A stretch of DNA of 64,000 nt, taken from the IMG/VR virus record IMGVR_UViG_2863389319_000001. One strand, written 5' to 3'. The notes beneath the pieces are model-generated. The model saw only the letters and a program-made list of their open reading frames with translations. It ran no database searches and was not told where the DNA came from. Below are positions 27,571 through 36,889 of the stretch, piece by piece (positions within the stretch are counted from its first letter, which is position 1; every line of letters starts with the position of its first letter). Position numbers and translations under genes: made by a program. Origin of the DNA: a virus (Duplodnaviria; Caudoviricetes).

Positions 27571-27939
27571 ATGGCGCTCCGCAACGTCGCCAACTGGGAA
27601 CTCGCGGTCGGCTCCCAGTCCTCCCTGCAGTTCGTGTTCACCCAGCCGAGCGGCGCCCTCTACAACATCACCGGGCTGAGTTGGGAGTTCAGGGTCCGCA
27701 CCGACCCCACCGACACGTCCACCGCGCCCCTGATCGAGATCACCCAGACTGGGAACGCCCAGGGCCTGATCACCGCCAATACCTCGGCCTCCACCGTGCT
27801 CCTCACGCTCAACCCGGCCGCCACGCAGACCATGGCGGCCGCCACCTACGCGTGGGCCCTCTGGTCGAACCCCGGCACCACGACCGCCACCCAGTGGGTC
27901 GGCGGCAGCTTCCGCCTGGACCCGGTCGTCCAACCCTGA
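27571..27939 (+). CDS. beta-sandwich virion adaptor (fibre-attachment-like)
   Basis: All-beta pattern; precedes the fibre gene. Confidence 0.55.
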   Translation: MALRNVANWELAVGSQSSLQFVFTQPSGALYNITGLSWEFRVRTDPTDTSTAPLIEITQTGNAQGLITANTSASTVLLTLNPAATQTMAAATYAWALWSNPGTTTATQWVGGSFRLDPVVQP

Positions 27940-27953
27940 CCAGGGGGTGCACC

Positions 27954-30900
27954 GTGACCACCGTTCCCCCAGTCGTCACGGTCACCGAGTCCGGCCCGGC
28001 CGTCACCGTCACACAGACCGGGCCGACGGTGACCGTCGTCACGCAGACGCCAACCGTCACGGTCTCCTCTGCAGGCGCCCAGTCCGTCGTGCAGGCGTTG
28101 CCTCCCGCGACGTACAACCCGGCGACGCAGACCATCGGCGTGACCGTCGGGACCACCGCGGGCACGGTCGCAGCAGGCAATGACAGCCGGATCGTTGGCG
28201 CCATCCAAGGCGGCGCGAGCGCTGGCGGAGACCTATCCGGCACGCTTCCGAGCCCGACAGTTACATCCACCCACCTGACCGCCGCGCTACCCATCGCACA
28301 GGGTGGCACGGGGCAGGCGTCGGCGACCGCGGCGTACAACGCGCTCGGCTCGGAGACCCTCGTCATGACGACGGGCATCCCGGCGGTCGACGCGGGACTC
28401 ATCAACTCGGCGATCTCGGCTGCGTCGGCGGCCGGCGGCGGCCGGGTGCGGCTCGGGAACGGCTCGTGGGTGCTGTCGTCCAGCATCACTCCGCAGTCGA
28501 ACGTGACCCTGTGCGGGCAGCCGGGAACTACCGTGTCGATCAACTTTGTTGGCGACATCGTCTTCGGGAAGACCACCGCCTTCACCAACTTCACCATCGA
28601 GGACCTGACGTTCCTCGGCCCCGTCAACAGCTTCCCGACCGTACCGACCCGCGCCCGCACCACCTCCGGCAACGGGGCACAGACCGCCGTCTACCTGTCC
28701 GGCGACCTCGACTCCACCGGCACCGGCCAGGCGCAGCTGACGAACTTCATCTTCCGTAGGTGCACCGTCCAGAACTGTTCGGCGCTGCCGCTTCGGATCG
28801 GCGGGGTGCGCGGCGAAGTCCTCGTCTACGACTGCACGTTCATCAACAACCAGGACGTCGGGTTCATCTACAACCAGAACGTGCAGTTCGAGGGCAACTT
28901 CGTCTACCAGTCAGCCGACAACGGCGTATCCGTCTCCCGTGGCAACAACAAGTGCGTTGTAGTCGGCAACACCTTCGAGAACTGCTGCTACAACGGCATC
29001 TGGCTGTCCGGCTTCGACGACGGCAGCCACAACCTCGTCGACATCGGGCCGACGAACTTCGCATGCACCGGCAACACGGTGATCAACGTCGGGTTCAACG
29101 GCATCATGCTGGACCAGGCCCCCGCCAACGGCACGGTCACCGGCAACATGGTCACCCAGGGCTACTTCCGGGGGCCTTCGGATCAGGCATCGGACGCCAA
29201 CGGCGCCGGCGTGTACATCGGCGGCTACCCCACCAGCGCCCGCAACTCCCCGACCGCGTACGCCACGAATCTGGTCGTTGCGGGCAACACCCTGTTCCAG
29301 TGTGCCCGCGCCGGCGTGTACATCACCGGTGCCAAGGCGATCACCGTTGAGGCGAACCAAATCCTCAACTGCGGCACCCAGTACCTCGCCGACGGCGCCA
29401 CCGCGATCTCCTCCACCGACAGCACGAACAACGTCGGCATCCTGATCGACAACACCGCGACGAATACCGACATCGCGATCCGCAACAACACCGTCCTCGA
29501 CGAACGCGCAACCCCCTACGGGAACTATGCGCTCGTCCCGCAGACCGCGAACTCGTCGTACGTGTACTGGTTCAACCACATGGCCGGACTGCGGAACCCC
29601 TACAACGTGCTGGACCACGACCCCAACACCCGAGAGATCTCCTCCACGATCCGGTTCGACGCGAACACCAAGTTCGCCGGCGGCGCCACCGCCGGCACAT
29701 CCGGCGGCACCGGCACCATCTCCGGATTCGACATCAACGGCGCCGCAGGATCCGCACGCCGCCACCAGATCCTCACCGGCAGCGTCGTTCGCTGGGCATC
29801 CGGCGGATCCGGCGACGCCGAGACCGGCTCCAACATCGGCACGAACTGGGTCCTCAACGCCTACTCGGACAGCGGAGCGTTCCTGTTCACGCCGATCACC
29901 GTGAACCGGGCCACCGGCGCCGTCACCCTGTCCACCCCGCTGCCGGTCGGATCCGGCGGAACCGGCTCGGCAACGCAGAACTGGGTGTCCCTCGCCGGGG
30001 ATCTCGGGAACACGGTCGGGTCGCCTCAGGTCACGTCCACACACCTGGCCAGCCCGCTGCCCATCAGCCAGGGCGGGACCGGGTCCGCCAGCCAGTCGTT
30101 CGTGAACCTGGCCGGTGACCTCGGCAACACGGTGACGAGTCCGCAGGTCACCTCGACCCACCTGACGAGCGCCCTGCCGATCGCTCAGGGCGGGACGGGC
30201 AGCGCAACGCAGAACTGGGTCGACCTCACGACTACTCAGACGGTCGGCGGGACGAAGGCCTTCAGCAGCGCGCCCAAGCTGCCAGGCGTCCTGGACAGCA
30301 ACGGCGTCACGGTGCTCGGCATCACGGCCACGCCGTCCGCGGTCAACTTCGTCAGCGTACAGAACAACACCACCGGAAACCGGCCCGCCCTGGTCGCTGG
30401 CGGCTCTGACACCAACATCGGCCTGACGGTCAAGACCCAGGGCACGGGCGCGCTCGTCTACCACCCCGGCAGCGACAGCACCGCAGCCGTCCAGCTCAAC
30501 AACGCCGCCCAGACCAGCACCGCGCTGAGTGTCGACACCAGCAACGTGCGTGTCGGTATCGGCAAGAACAGCCCCGGCTCCACGCTCGATGTCGCCGGGA
30601 CCGTCACCGCTACGGGCGTTGCCCTCACCACGAGCCCGACCGCGGGCTACGTGGCCACGTCCGACAGCACGGGCAACGCCACCTGGCAGGCGGTCGGCGT
30701 CAACGGGATCACCCCGGTCCATGCCGGCTTCACCGCGTTCGGCACCGGCGGAATGATCAACACCCTGAACGTGTCCTCAGGGACCCCCGTCACCATGACC
30801 GCCGGCACGATCTACTGGGCTGCCGTGTTCGTACCGTTCACCGTCACGCTCACCGGCGTTATGGTCAGTGTCGGCACCACCGGCGGAACCGACCTGTGGA

Positions 30901-31202
30901 TCGGCTCCCTCTACAACTCGGCCGGCACCGTGATCGCCAACTCCAGCCTGGCGGGCACCGCCGCCGGATCCGCGAACACCAAGATGAAGCTCGCCTTCAC
31001 CTCGACCGCGACCGTCCTCGGCCCGGCCGTCTACTACTGCGCGCTCCAATCCAACGGCAGCACCGCCAAGTTCCTCGGCTTCGGCAACGGCTCCGAGGGA
31101 TTCGTCACCGGCTCCACCACCGGAACGTTCGGCACACTGCCGACCATCACCCCCGGCACCACATACACGGCCGGTGTCGGCCCGTTCGCGAACACCTACT
31201 GA
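27954..31202 (+). CDS. large fibre/spike protein with parallel beta-helix (pectate-lyase-like depolymerase) domain
   Basis: AAGGGRVRL.NG, repeated GNxF/GNxV rungs, LPIAQGGTG fibre repeats. Confidence 0.8.
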   Translation: MTTVPPVVTVTESGPAVTVTQTGPTVTVVTQTPTVTVSSAGAQSVVQALPPATYNPATQTIGVTVGTTAGTVAAGNDSRIVGAIQGGASAGGDLSGTLPSPTVTSTHLTAALPIAQGGTGQASATAAYNALGSETLVMTTGIPAVDAGLINSAISAASAAGGGRVRLGNGSWVLSSSITPQSNVTLCGQPGTTVSINFVGDIVFGKTTAFTNFTIEDLTFLGPVNSFPTVPTRARTTSGNGAQTAVYLSGDLDSTGTGQAQLTNFIFRRCTVQNCSALPLRIGGVRGEVLVYDCTFINNQDVGFIYNQNVQFEGNFVYQSADNGVSVSRGNNKCVVVGNTFENCCYNGIWLSGFDDGSHNLVDIGPTNFACTGNTVINVGFNGIMLDQAPANGTVTGNMVTQGYFRGPSDQASDANGAGVYIGGYPTSARNSPTAYATNLVVAGNTLFQCARAGVYITGAKAITVEANQILNCGTQYLADGATAISSTDSTNNVGILIDNTATNTDIAIRNNTVLDERATPYGNYALVPQTANSSYVYWFNHMAGLRNPYNVLDHDPNTREISSTIRFDANTKFAGGATAGTSGGTGTISGFDINGAAGSARRHQILTGSVVRWASGGSGDAETGSNIGTNWVLNAYSDSGAFLFTPITVNRATGAVTLSTPLPVGSGGTGSATQNWVSLAGDLGNTVGSPQVTSTHLASPLPISQGGTGSASQSFVNLAGDLGNTVTSPQVTSTHLTSALPIAQGGTGSATQNWVDLTTTQTVGGTKAFSSAPKLPGVLDSNGVTVLGITATPSAVNFVSVQNNTTGNRPALVAGGSDTNIGLTVKTQGTGALVYHPGSDSTAAVQLNNAAQTSTALSVDTSNVRVGIGKNSPGSTLDVAGTVTATGVALTTSPTAGYVATSDSTGNATWQAVGVNGITPVHAGFTAFGTGGMINTLNVSSGTPVTMTAGTIYWAAVFVPFTVTLTGVMVSVGTTGGTDLWIGSLYNSAGTVIANSSLAGTAAGSANTKMKLAFTSTATVLGPAVYYCALQSNGSTAKFLGFGNGSEGFVTGSTTGTFGTLPTITPGTTYTAGVGPFANTY
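29930..30230 (+). repeat. about 120-bp (40-aa) tandem fibre repeats
   Basis: LPxxxGGTGSAxQxxVxLAGDLGNTVxSPQVTSTHL repeated about 2.5 times; related copy near 28230. Confidence 0.8.
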
Positions 31203-31215
31203 CGGGAGGCTCCCA

Positions 31216-31743
31216 ATGCCCGTCTCCCGTGCCAACAAGATTGCCATCAATGCCCGTCGCGCCAAGCTCGTCGAATACCGGCGCAAGAAGATCCCCTACA
31301 GCCAGTTCTACGAGGAACTCGGCTACTCCTCGGTCAACGAGGCCACCAAGGACTTCAAGCGCACCCTCGAAGAGTCCATCGCTCGCCAAGACGGCAGCGT
31401 CGAGCTGTACCGCGAAGAACAGCTGCAGGAACTGGAGTACCTCGCCGAAGAGGCGCACAAGATTCTGCGCGAGGTGCACTACGTCGTCGCGACCAGCGGC
31501 AAGGTCGCACTCGACCCGAACACCGATCAGCCTCTGATCGACCACGCGCCGAAACTGCAGGCCATCGACCGGCTGCTACGAATCCTCGACCGTGTAGCCA
31601 AGCTCCGCGGCACCGAGCAGATCCGGGTGGAGGTGCTGACGATCGATGCCATCGACGCTGAGATTCAGCGACTCTCCCGAGACCTCGCCGCTCTTGGAGA
31701 CGAAGCTGGCGAAGCTCCGCCAGTTGAAGCAGCTGACTGCTGA
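31216..31743 (+). CDS. terminase small subunit
   Basis: N-terminal HTH-like region, AIDRLLRILDRVAKLRG; precedes TerL. Confidence 0.8.
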   Translation: MPVSRANKIAINARRAKLVEYRRKKIPYSQFYEELGYSSVNEATKDFKRTLEESIARQDGSVELYREEQLQELEYLAEEAHKILREVHYVVATSGKVALDPNTDQPLIDHAPKLQAIDRLLRILDRVAKLRGTEQIRVEVLTIDAIDAEIQRLSRDLAALGDEAGEAPPVEAADC

Positions 31744-33331
31744 CATCGAGGCGCGCAAGGCTGAGCGGCGAGCCCTCGGCCCCAAGTGGCGGACGCCCGG
31801 GGACCTCGCGAAGCTGATCGACCCGACCACAGTTCAGACGTCGGCACTCGACCTGATCGACCGCGAGCTGATGTGGGCCTACTCGACCCCCGGGGCCCGG
31901 CTCGCAATCTCCGTGCCTCCGCAGGAAGGCAAGTCGAGCCGCGCAACGAAGGTCGGCACCCTATGGGCCCTCGCCAAGAACCCCGAGCTCCGCATCGCGA
32001 TCGTCTCCTACTCGCAGCCGCTCGCCGAGGGCTTCGGCCGGGACATCCGAAACTGGATCGCCACCTACAACGGTGACGAGGGCTCTTTCGACATCGGCCT
32101 GCGGATCGCCCGCGACTACGGATCCGCTAAAAGGTGGCAGCTCGAAGGGCACCGCGGCGGCGTCGTCTGCGTCGGCATCGGTGGCGGCCTCACCGGCAAG
32201 CCCGCCGAGGCGCTGATCATCGACGACCCGTTCTCGGACAAAGAGCAGGCCGACTCGGCCTACTACCGAGAGCGCGTGTGGGGCTGGTGGCAGGCCGTCG
32301 GATCAACCCGCCTGGCCCCCGGCGCGCCAGTAATCTTGATCAACACCAGGTGGCACGAGGACGACCTGACCGGCCGGTTCCTCGCCGCCGAGGACGCCCA
32401 CCGCTGGCGGGTCATCAACATCCCGGCGCTCGCCGACCATGACCCCGCCAAGGGGCAGAGTGACCCGCTCGGGCGCGAGCCCGGCGAGTGGCTGGAGTCA
32501 GCGCGCGGGCGCAGCGCGGAGGACTGGGAGGCGATCCGCATCCAGGCCGGCAGTCGCGTGTTCAACGCCCTCTACCAGGGGCGCCCTTCGCCAGATTCGG
32601 GGAACGTGTGGCAGCGCCACTGGTGGCGCCGCTACTCGGTGCCGCTGTGGTCGCAGCACCCGATGCACCCGGACGCCTACCGGGTCGACGAGGCAGACGA
32701 GATCGTCATGTCCTGGGACATGGCCTTCAAAGACACCCGGAGCAGCGACTACGTCGTCGGGCAGGTGTGGGCGCGGCGCGGCGCCAACGTCTACCTCCTC
32801 GACCAGGTACACAAGCGGCTGAGCTTCACGGACACGGTCGCCGCGTTCAAAGCGCTCGTTGCCCGCTGGCCGCAAGCCACCGCCAAGTATGTGGAAGACA
32901 AGGCCAACGGCACTGCGGTCATCTCGACGCTGCAATCGAAGATCGCCGGGATCGTGCCGATCAACCCGACGGAGAGCAAGTACGCGAGGGCGAACGCCGT
33001 GTCGCCGTTCCTGGAGGCCGGGAACGTCTTCCTGCCTGAGAGCGGAATCGCCCTGTTCGACCCGTCGGAACTCATCGACGAAGCGGCCGGTTTCCCGAAC
33101 GCGTCGCACGACGACCAGGTCGATGCGGCCAGTCAAGCGCTGGCCCAGCTCCTCCTTGACGGCTCCGGCGCCCAGGCGTGGATCGCCTACGCCCGACGCA
33201 GGGCCGAGGCTGCCACCGCCCCCGCTCGACCGGTCGAGCCTCAGCAAGAGTCGACCGCAACGGAAGAGCCCGAAGATCCCGTCGCGGCGCGCCGGCGCGC
33301 CCGCAATGCCGCCCACCGCGCACAGCGATAA
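31646..33331 (+). CDS. terL: terminase large subunit
   Basis: VPPQEGKS, LIIDDP, NTRWHEDDL, SWDMAF, EDKANG, HDDQVDA; true start may be slightly downstream. Confidence 0.95.
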   Translation: MPSTLRFSDSPETSPLLETKLAKLRQLKQLTADIEARKAERRALGPKWRTPGDLAKLIDPTTVQTSALDLIDRELMWAYSTPGARLAISVPPQEGKSSRATKVGTLWALAKNPELRIAIVSYSQPLAEGFGRDIRNWIATYNGDEGSFDIGLRIARDYGSAKRWQLEGHRGGVVCVGIGGGLTGKPAEALIIDDPFSDKEQADSAYYRERVWGWWQAVGSTRLAPGAPVILINTRWHEDDLTGRFLAAEDAHRWRVINIPALADHDPAKGQSDPLGREPGEWLESARGRSAEDWEAIRIQAGSRVFNALYQGRPSPDSGNVWQRHWWRRYSVPLWSQHPMHPDAYRVDEADEIVMSWDMAFKDTRSSDYVVGQVWARRGANVYLLDQVHKRLSFTDTVAAFKALVARWPQATAKYVEDKANGTAVISTLQSKIAGIVPINPTESKYARANAVSPFLEAGNVFLPESGIALFDPSELIDEAAGFPNASHDDQVDAASQALAQLLLDGSGAQAWIAYARRRAEAATAPARPVEPQQESTATEEPEDPVAARRRARNAAHRAQR

Positions 33332-33352
33332 CCGCCAAGGGGGTCGCGCCAC

Positions 33353-36300
33353 ATGGGTGTCCGCTCCCGCCTCGCCAACCTCGCCAAGGTGTTCGGCAAC
33401 TCCACCCCCGCCGAGTTCACGGCCGGCGAGACCGCCGCGCAGATGACCCCGGCGTCACCGTTCTCCCCCGGCACACCCATCCGCCCCTACGACGGATACT
33501 CACGCACCCCCCGCGGCCACGAGTTCGTTCCCGGCTACAACATCTCTGCCCGGCCGCGAGCCCACGAGCGCGTCACCTTCGAGACCCTTCGCAGCCTCAT
33601 CGAGTCCTACGACGTCGCCCAGATGTGCATCTGGCACCGCATCGACTCGATCCGCAGCCTCGACTGGTCGCTCGTCGCAGCGGCGCACTTTGAGGGCGAC
33701 GTGACCGATGCGGTCCGCCTCGGCATGGCGGCGCTGCGCAAGCCGGACCGCCAGACGCCGTTCTCCACCTGGCTGTCCGCCTACCTGTACGACGTTCTCG
33801 CCTACGACGCCGGGGCCCTGTACCGGCTGCGGAATCGGCGCGGCGACGTCGTTGGCCTCATGAACGTCGACGGCACCACCGTCGCGCCGCTGCTCGACTA
33901 CTGGGGCCGCTCCCCCGAGCCCCCAGCCGAGGCGTACGTCCAGTACATCAACGGGTTGCCGTGGGACTGGCTGACCCGGGATGACCTGATCTACGAGCCG
34001 TTCCGGAAGCGCGCGAACTCCCCATACGGTCTGGCGCCGCTCGAAACGATCCTGCTGAATGCCAATACCGACATCCGCTTCCAGATGTACTTTCTGCAGC
34101 GCTTCACCGAGGGCAACGTCCCCGAAGCGTTCGCGTCCGCCCCCGAATCGTGGTCACCCGACCAGATCGAGCAGTGGCAGACCCTCTGGGACTCGTTCAT
34201 GGCCGGCGACCAGGCCGCCAAGCACACTATCAAGTGGATGCCCGGCGGCAGCACGATCGCATGGAGCAACGAGAAGGACTTCACCGACCAGTTCAGCCTC
34301 TTCCTGATGAGGAAAACGGCCGCCGCGTTCCACGTCGTGCCGTCCGACCTCGGGTTCACCGAGAACGTCAACCTGTCCAGCGGCGAATCCCAGGCCGACG
34401 TGCAGCACCGCGTCGGCGACCTCCCGCTGATCCGGCACCTCCAGAACACCATCAGCGCGTTCCTCCAAGACGACCTCGGTCTGCCCCTCGACTTCCTCTT
34501 CGACCTTGGCGAAGAGCAGGCCGACCGGCTGCAGCAGGCCCAGGCCGATCAGATCTACGTCCAGTTGGGGGCAATCAGTTCCAGCGACATCCGCTCGATG
34601 CGGTATGGACTGGAAGAGCCGGAGGGCATACCAGTACCCCGGTTCATCTACGACCCGCGCGGCGGGCCCATCCCGCTGGCGTCCCTGTATGCGGTCGCTG
34701 GCCAGATCGACCCGTCAACGGCCGCGCCAAAGCCGGGAACCGAGCTGCCGCACACCGCCTTCGGAGGCGCCGAGGGCGTCGTTCCGAACCCGCCGATCCT
34801 GACGGCCCCGCTCGCCGAGCAGGAATTCGGGCCCTCCGCACTGCCACCGGCCCCGCCACCGCAGCCCACGCCCCCCGACCCGGGGGCGCCGGTCGCCAAG
34901 GATGGCGGCGCTACGACCGTGGGCATCACCACGGCGACCGGGGTCACTGGCTACGACCTTATCGGCCGCCGTGACGACGAGGACGAGCCGGAGGACCAGG
35001 AGAAGCTCTCAAAGTCCGAGTTGACGGCGTACAGGTCGTTCCGCAAGGCACGTCAACGCGCTGGTAAGTGGAGGGATTTCGAGTTCCGTGTCATCGACCC
35101 GGCCAGGGCGCGCCGACTCAACCAGGCCGGCCGGCTTGCCGTGCGCAAGGCCGAGGGTCAGGTAGCTGTGGCCGGCCTCGCCGTCCAGGCAGCCGACACC
35201 GGCCGAGTACTCATGCTCCAGCGGGCCCTCGACCCCGAGGACCCCGCAGGTGGTACGTGGGAGATGCCGGGCGGACACCTTGAAGGCGACGAAACACCCC
35301 TGCTCGGCGCCTGGCGGGAATGGGCGGAGGAGACCGGCTCTATCCCCCCGCCCGGCCAGCAGACCGGAACCTGGATCAGCCCAGACGGGGCATACCAAGG
35401 CATCGTCTGGACCGTCGACGGTGAGGACAGCGTGCCGCTCGACAGCCGCGATCAGGTATCCAACCCTGACGATCCAGACGGTGACTGCGTTGAGGCGATC
35501 GCCTGGTGGGACCCGGCTCAGTTGGCCGGGAATCCTGCCGTCAGAACCGAGTTGCTGGCCAGCCTGCCCGATGTGCTCACCGCACTCGGCTGCGAAACCG
35601 CAGACACGGTCGACGACATAGCGAAGGCGGCCGCCAGCCCAAAAGGACAGGCCCCTGACGGGGCCGACACGCAGTCCGCGCAGCGGGCATGGCCCGGCTG
35701 GAACCTCGACCTGCAGACCGTCGCACACTGGGTACCGCTTCTCGCAGCCGGGCTCGTTGCGGCGGTGAGCGCAAGGGAGTTGGCGAAGGCATGGCTGGCA
35801 CTCGCACCCGCAGCGTCCGCCAGCACGAAGGGCGAGCGGCTCAACCAACTGACGACGCAAGCCGATGACTTCCTTCAAGGCCGCGGCACTGGCACGGCCC
35901 TGCGAGAGCCGATTGGCGCCACGCTGCGCGGCGTCACCATCGACGGCTATGCCATCGGCGCCGCATCGGCGCACGCCGCCGCAGACGCCCACGAGGCCAG
36001 CGCCCAACCCGGCAGCACCACCGCCGACATGGGAACCTGGACGCCGGGCGCATCCGATGTGGCCCGCGACCTGGTCGACAGCCTCGGCGACGGCAACGGC
36101 CTGGCACACATGCTCGACCAGTCCGGCAGTTCGGTGCAGTCAATCGCAACCGGGCGCCTGAACGGCCTCGCACATGCACTCGCCAACGGTGTGGAAGCCG
36201 GGGACGACCTCGATGCAATCAGCGAGGCCATCACAGATGTCCTGTCCGATCCGTCGCGAGCCGAGATGGCCGTCGCCACCGAACTCGCCAGGACAGCCAA

Positions 36301-36496
36301 CACAGCAGCAGTGCAGGCCTACCGGCAGCGCGACATCGAACGCGTGCGGTGGGCGACTGCCGATGACGACCGGGTCTGCCCGGTCTGCGACGCCAACGAG
36401 GCCGCCGGGCCACGCACACTCGGCGACGACTTCCCGTCCGGCGACCCGATGCCGCCCGCCCACCCACGCGACAGGTGCGCACTACTGCCCACATAG
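33353..36496 (+). CDS. portal protein fused to a Nudix hydrolase and a MuF (SPP1 gp7-like) domain
   Basis: Portal motifs (YGLAPLE, FHVVPSDLG); Nudix box GGHLEGDETPLLGAWREWAEETG; MuF end DDRVCPVC...PPAHPRDRC. Confidence 0.88.
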   Translation: MGVRSRLANLAKVFGNSTPAEFTAGETAAQMTPASPFSPGTPIRPYDGYSRTPRGHEFVPGYNISARPRAHERVTFETLRSLIESYDVAQMCIWHRIDSIRSLDWSLVAAAHFEGDVTDAVRLGMAALRKPDRQTPFSTWLSAYLYDVLAYDAGALYRLRNRRGDVVGLMNVDGTTVAPLLDYWGRSPEPPAEAYVQYINGLPWDWLTRDDLIYEPFRKRANSPYGLAPLETILLNANTDIRFQMYFLQRFTEGNVPEAFASAPESWSPDQIEQWQTLWDSFMAGDQAAKHTIKWMPGGSTIAWSNEKDFTDQFSLFLMRKTAAAFHVVPSDLGFTENVNLSSGESQADVQHRVGDLPLIRHLQNTISAFLQDDLGLPLDFLFDLGEEQADRLQQAQADQIYVQLGAISSSDIRSMRYGLEEPEGIPVPRFIYDPRGGPIPLASLYAVAGQIDPSTAAPKPGTELPHTAFGGAEGVVPNPPILTAPLAEQEFGPSALPPAPPPQPTPPDPGAPVAKDGGATTVGITTATGVTGYDLIGRRDDEDEPEDQEKLSKSELTAYRSFRKARQRAGKWRDFEFRVIDPARARRLNQAGRLAVRKAEGQVAVAGLAVQAADTGRVLMLQRALDPEDPAGGTWEMPGGHLEGDETPLLGAWREWAEETGSIPPPGQQTGTWISPDGAYQGIVWTVDGEDSVPLDSRDQVSNPDDPDGDCVEAIAWWDPAQLAGNPAVRTELLASLPDVLTALGCETADTVDDIAKAAASPKGQAPDGADTQSAQRAWPGWNLDLQTVAHWVPLLAAGLVAAVSARELAKAWLALAPAASASTKGERLNQLTTQADDFLQGRGTGTALREPIGATLRGVTIDGYAIGAASAHAAADAHEASAQPGSTTADMGTWTPGASDVARDLVDSLGDGNGLAHMLDQSGSSVQSIATGRLNGLAHALANGVEAGDDLDAISEAITDVLSDPSRAEMAVATELARTANTAAVQAYRQRDIERVRWATADDDRVCPVCDANEAAGPRTLGDDFPSGDPMPPAHPRDRCALLPT

Positions 36497-36505
36497 GAGG
36501 TGCCC

Positions 36506-36889
36506 ATGACTGACGAGCCCCAACGCTACGTTTTGGGCATCGCCTATCAGGCGGGCCCCGACCCACGCATTCAGCGCGGAGCCGACGGCGGCCGCGACTT
36601 CTTCAGCCCTGACGAGCTGGAGAAGGCCGCCTGGGGCTTCCTACAGAAAGGTGCGCAGGTCGGCCTGTTCCACGGCCCCGAGGCATCAGTCGGAGCCGCA
36701 ACAGTCGTCGAGTCGTACATCTGGAGAGCCGACGACTGGGACCTCGGCAACGGAACCGTCGTACGCAAGGGCGACTGGCTGATCGGCGCGATCCTCGATG
36801 AACACGCCTGGCAGCTCTACAAGTCCGGGCGCGTCACCGGCTGGTCGCCGCAAGGCTCAGCGCGCCGCATCACACGACGGAGTAGCTGA
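36506..36889 (+). CDS. XkdF-like putative prohead protease
   Basis: RYVLGIAY, ELEKAAWGF, VVESY, KGDWL, TGWS.QG. Confidence 0.75.
   Translation: MTDEPQRYVLGIAYQAGPDPRIQRGADGGRDFFSPDELEKAAWGFLQKGAQVGLFHGPEASVGAATVVESYIWRADDWDLGNGTVVRKGDWLIGAILDEHAWQLYKSGRVTGWSPQGSARRITRRSS

Noticed and set aside
4089-33331. Inteins or introns in DnaB or TerL
   Set aside because: Both have normal length with contiguous motifs
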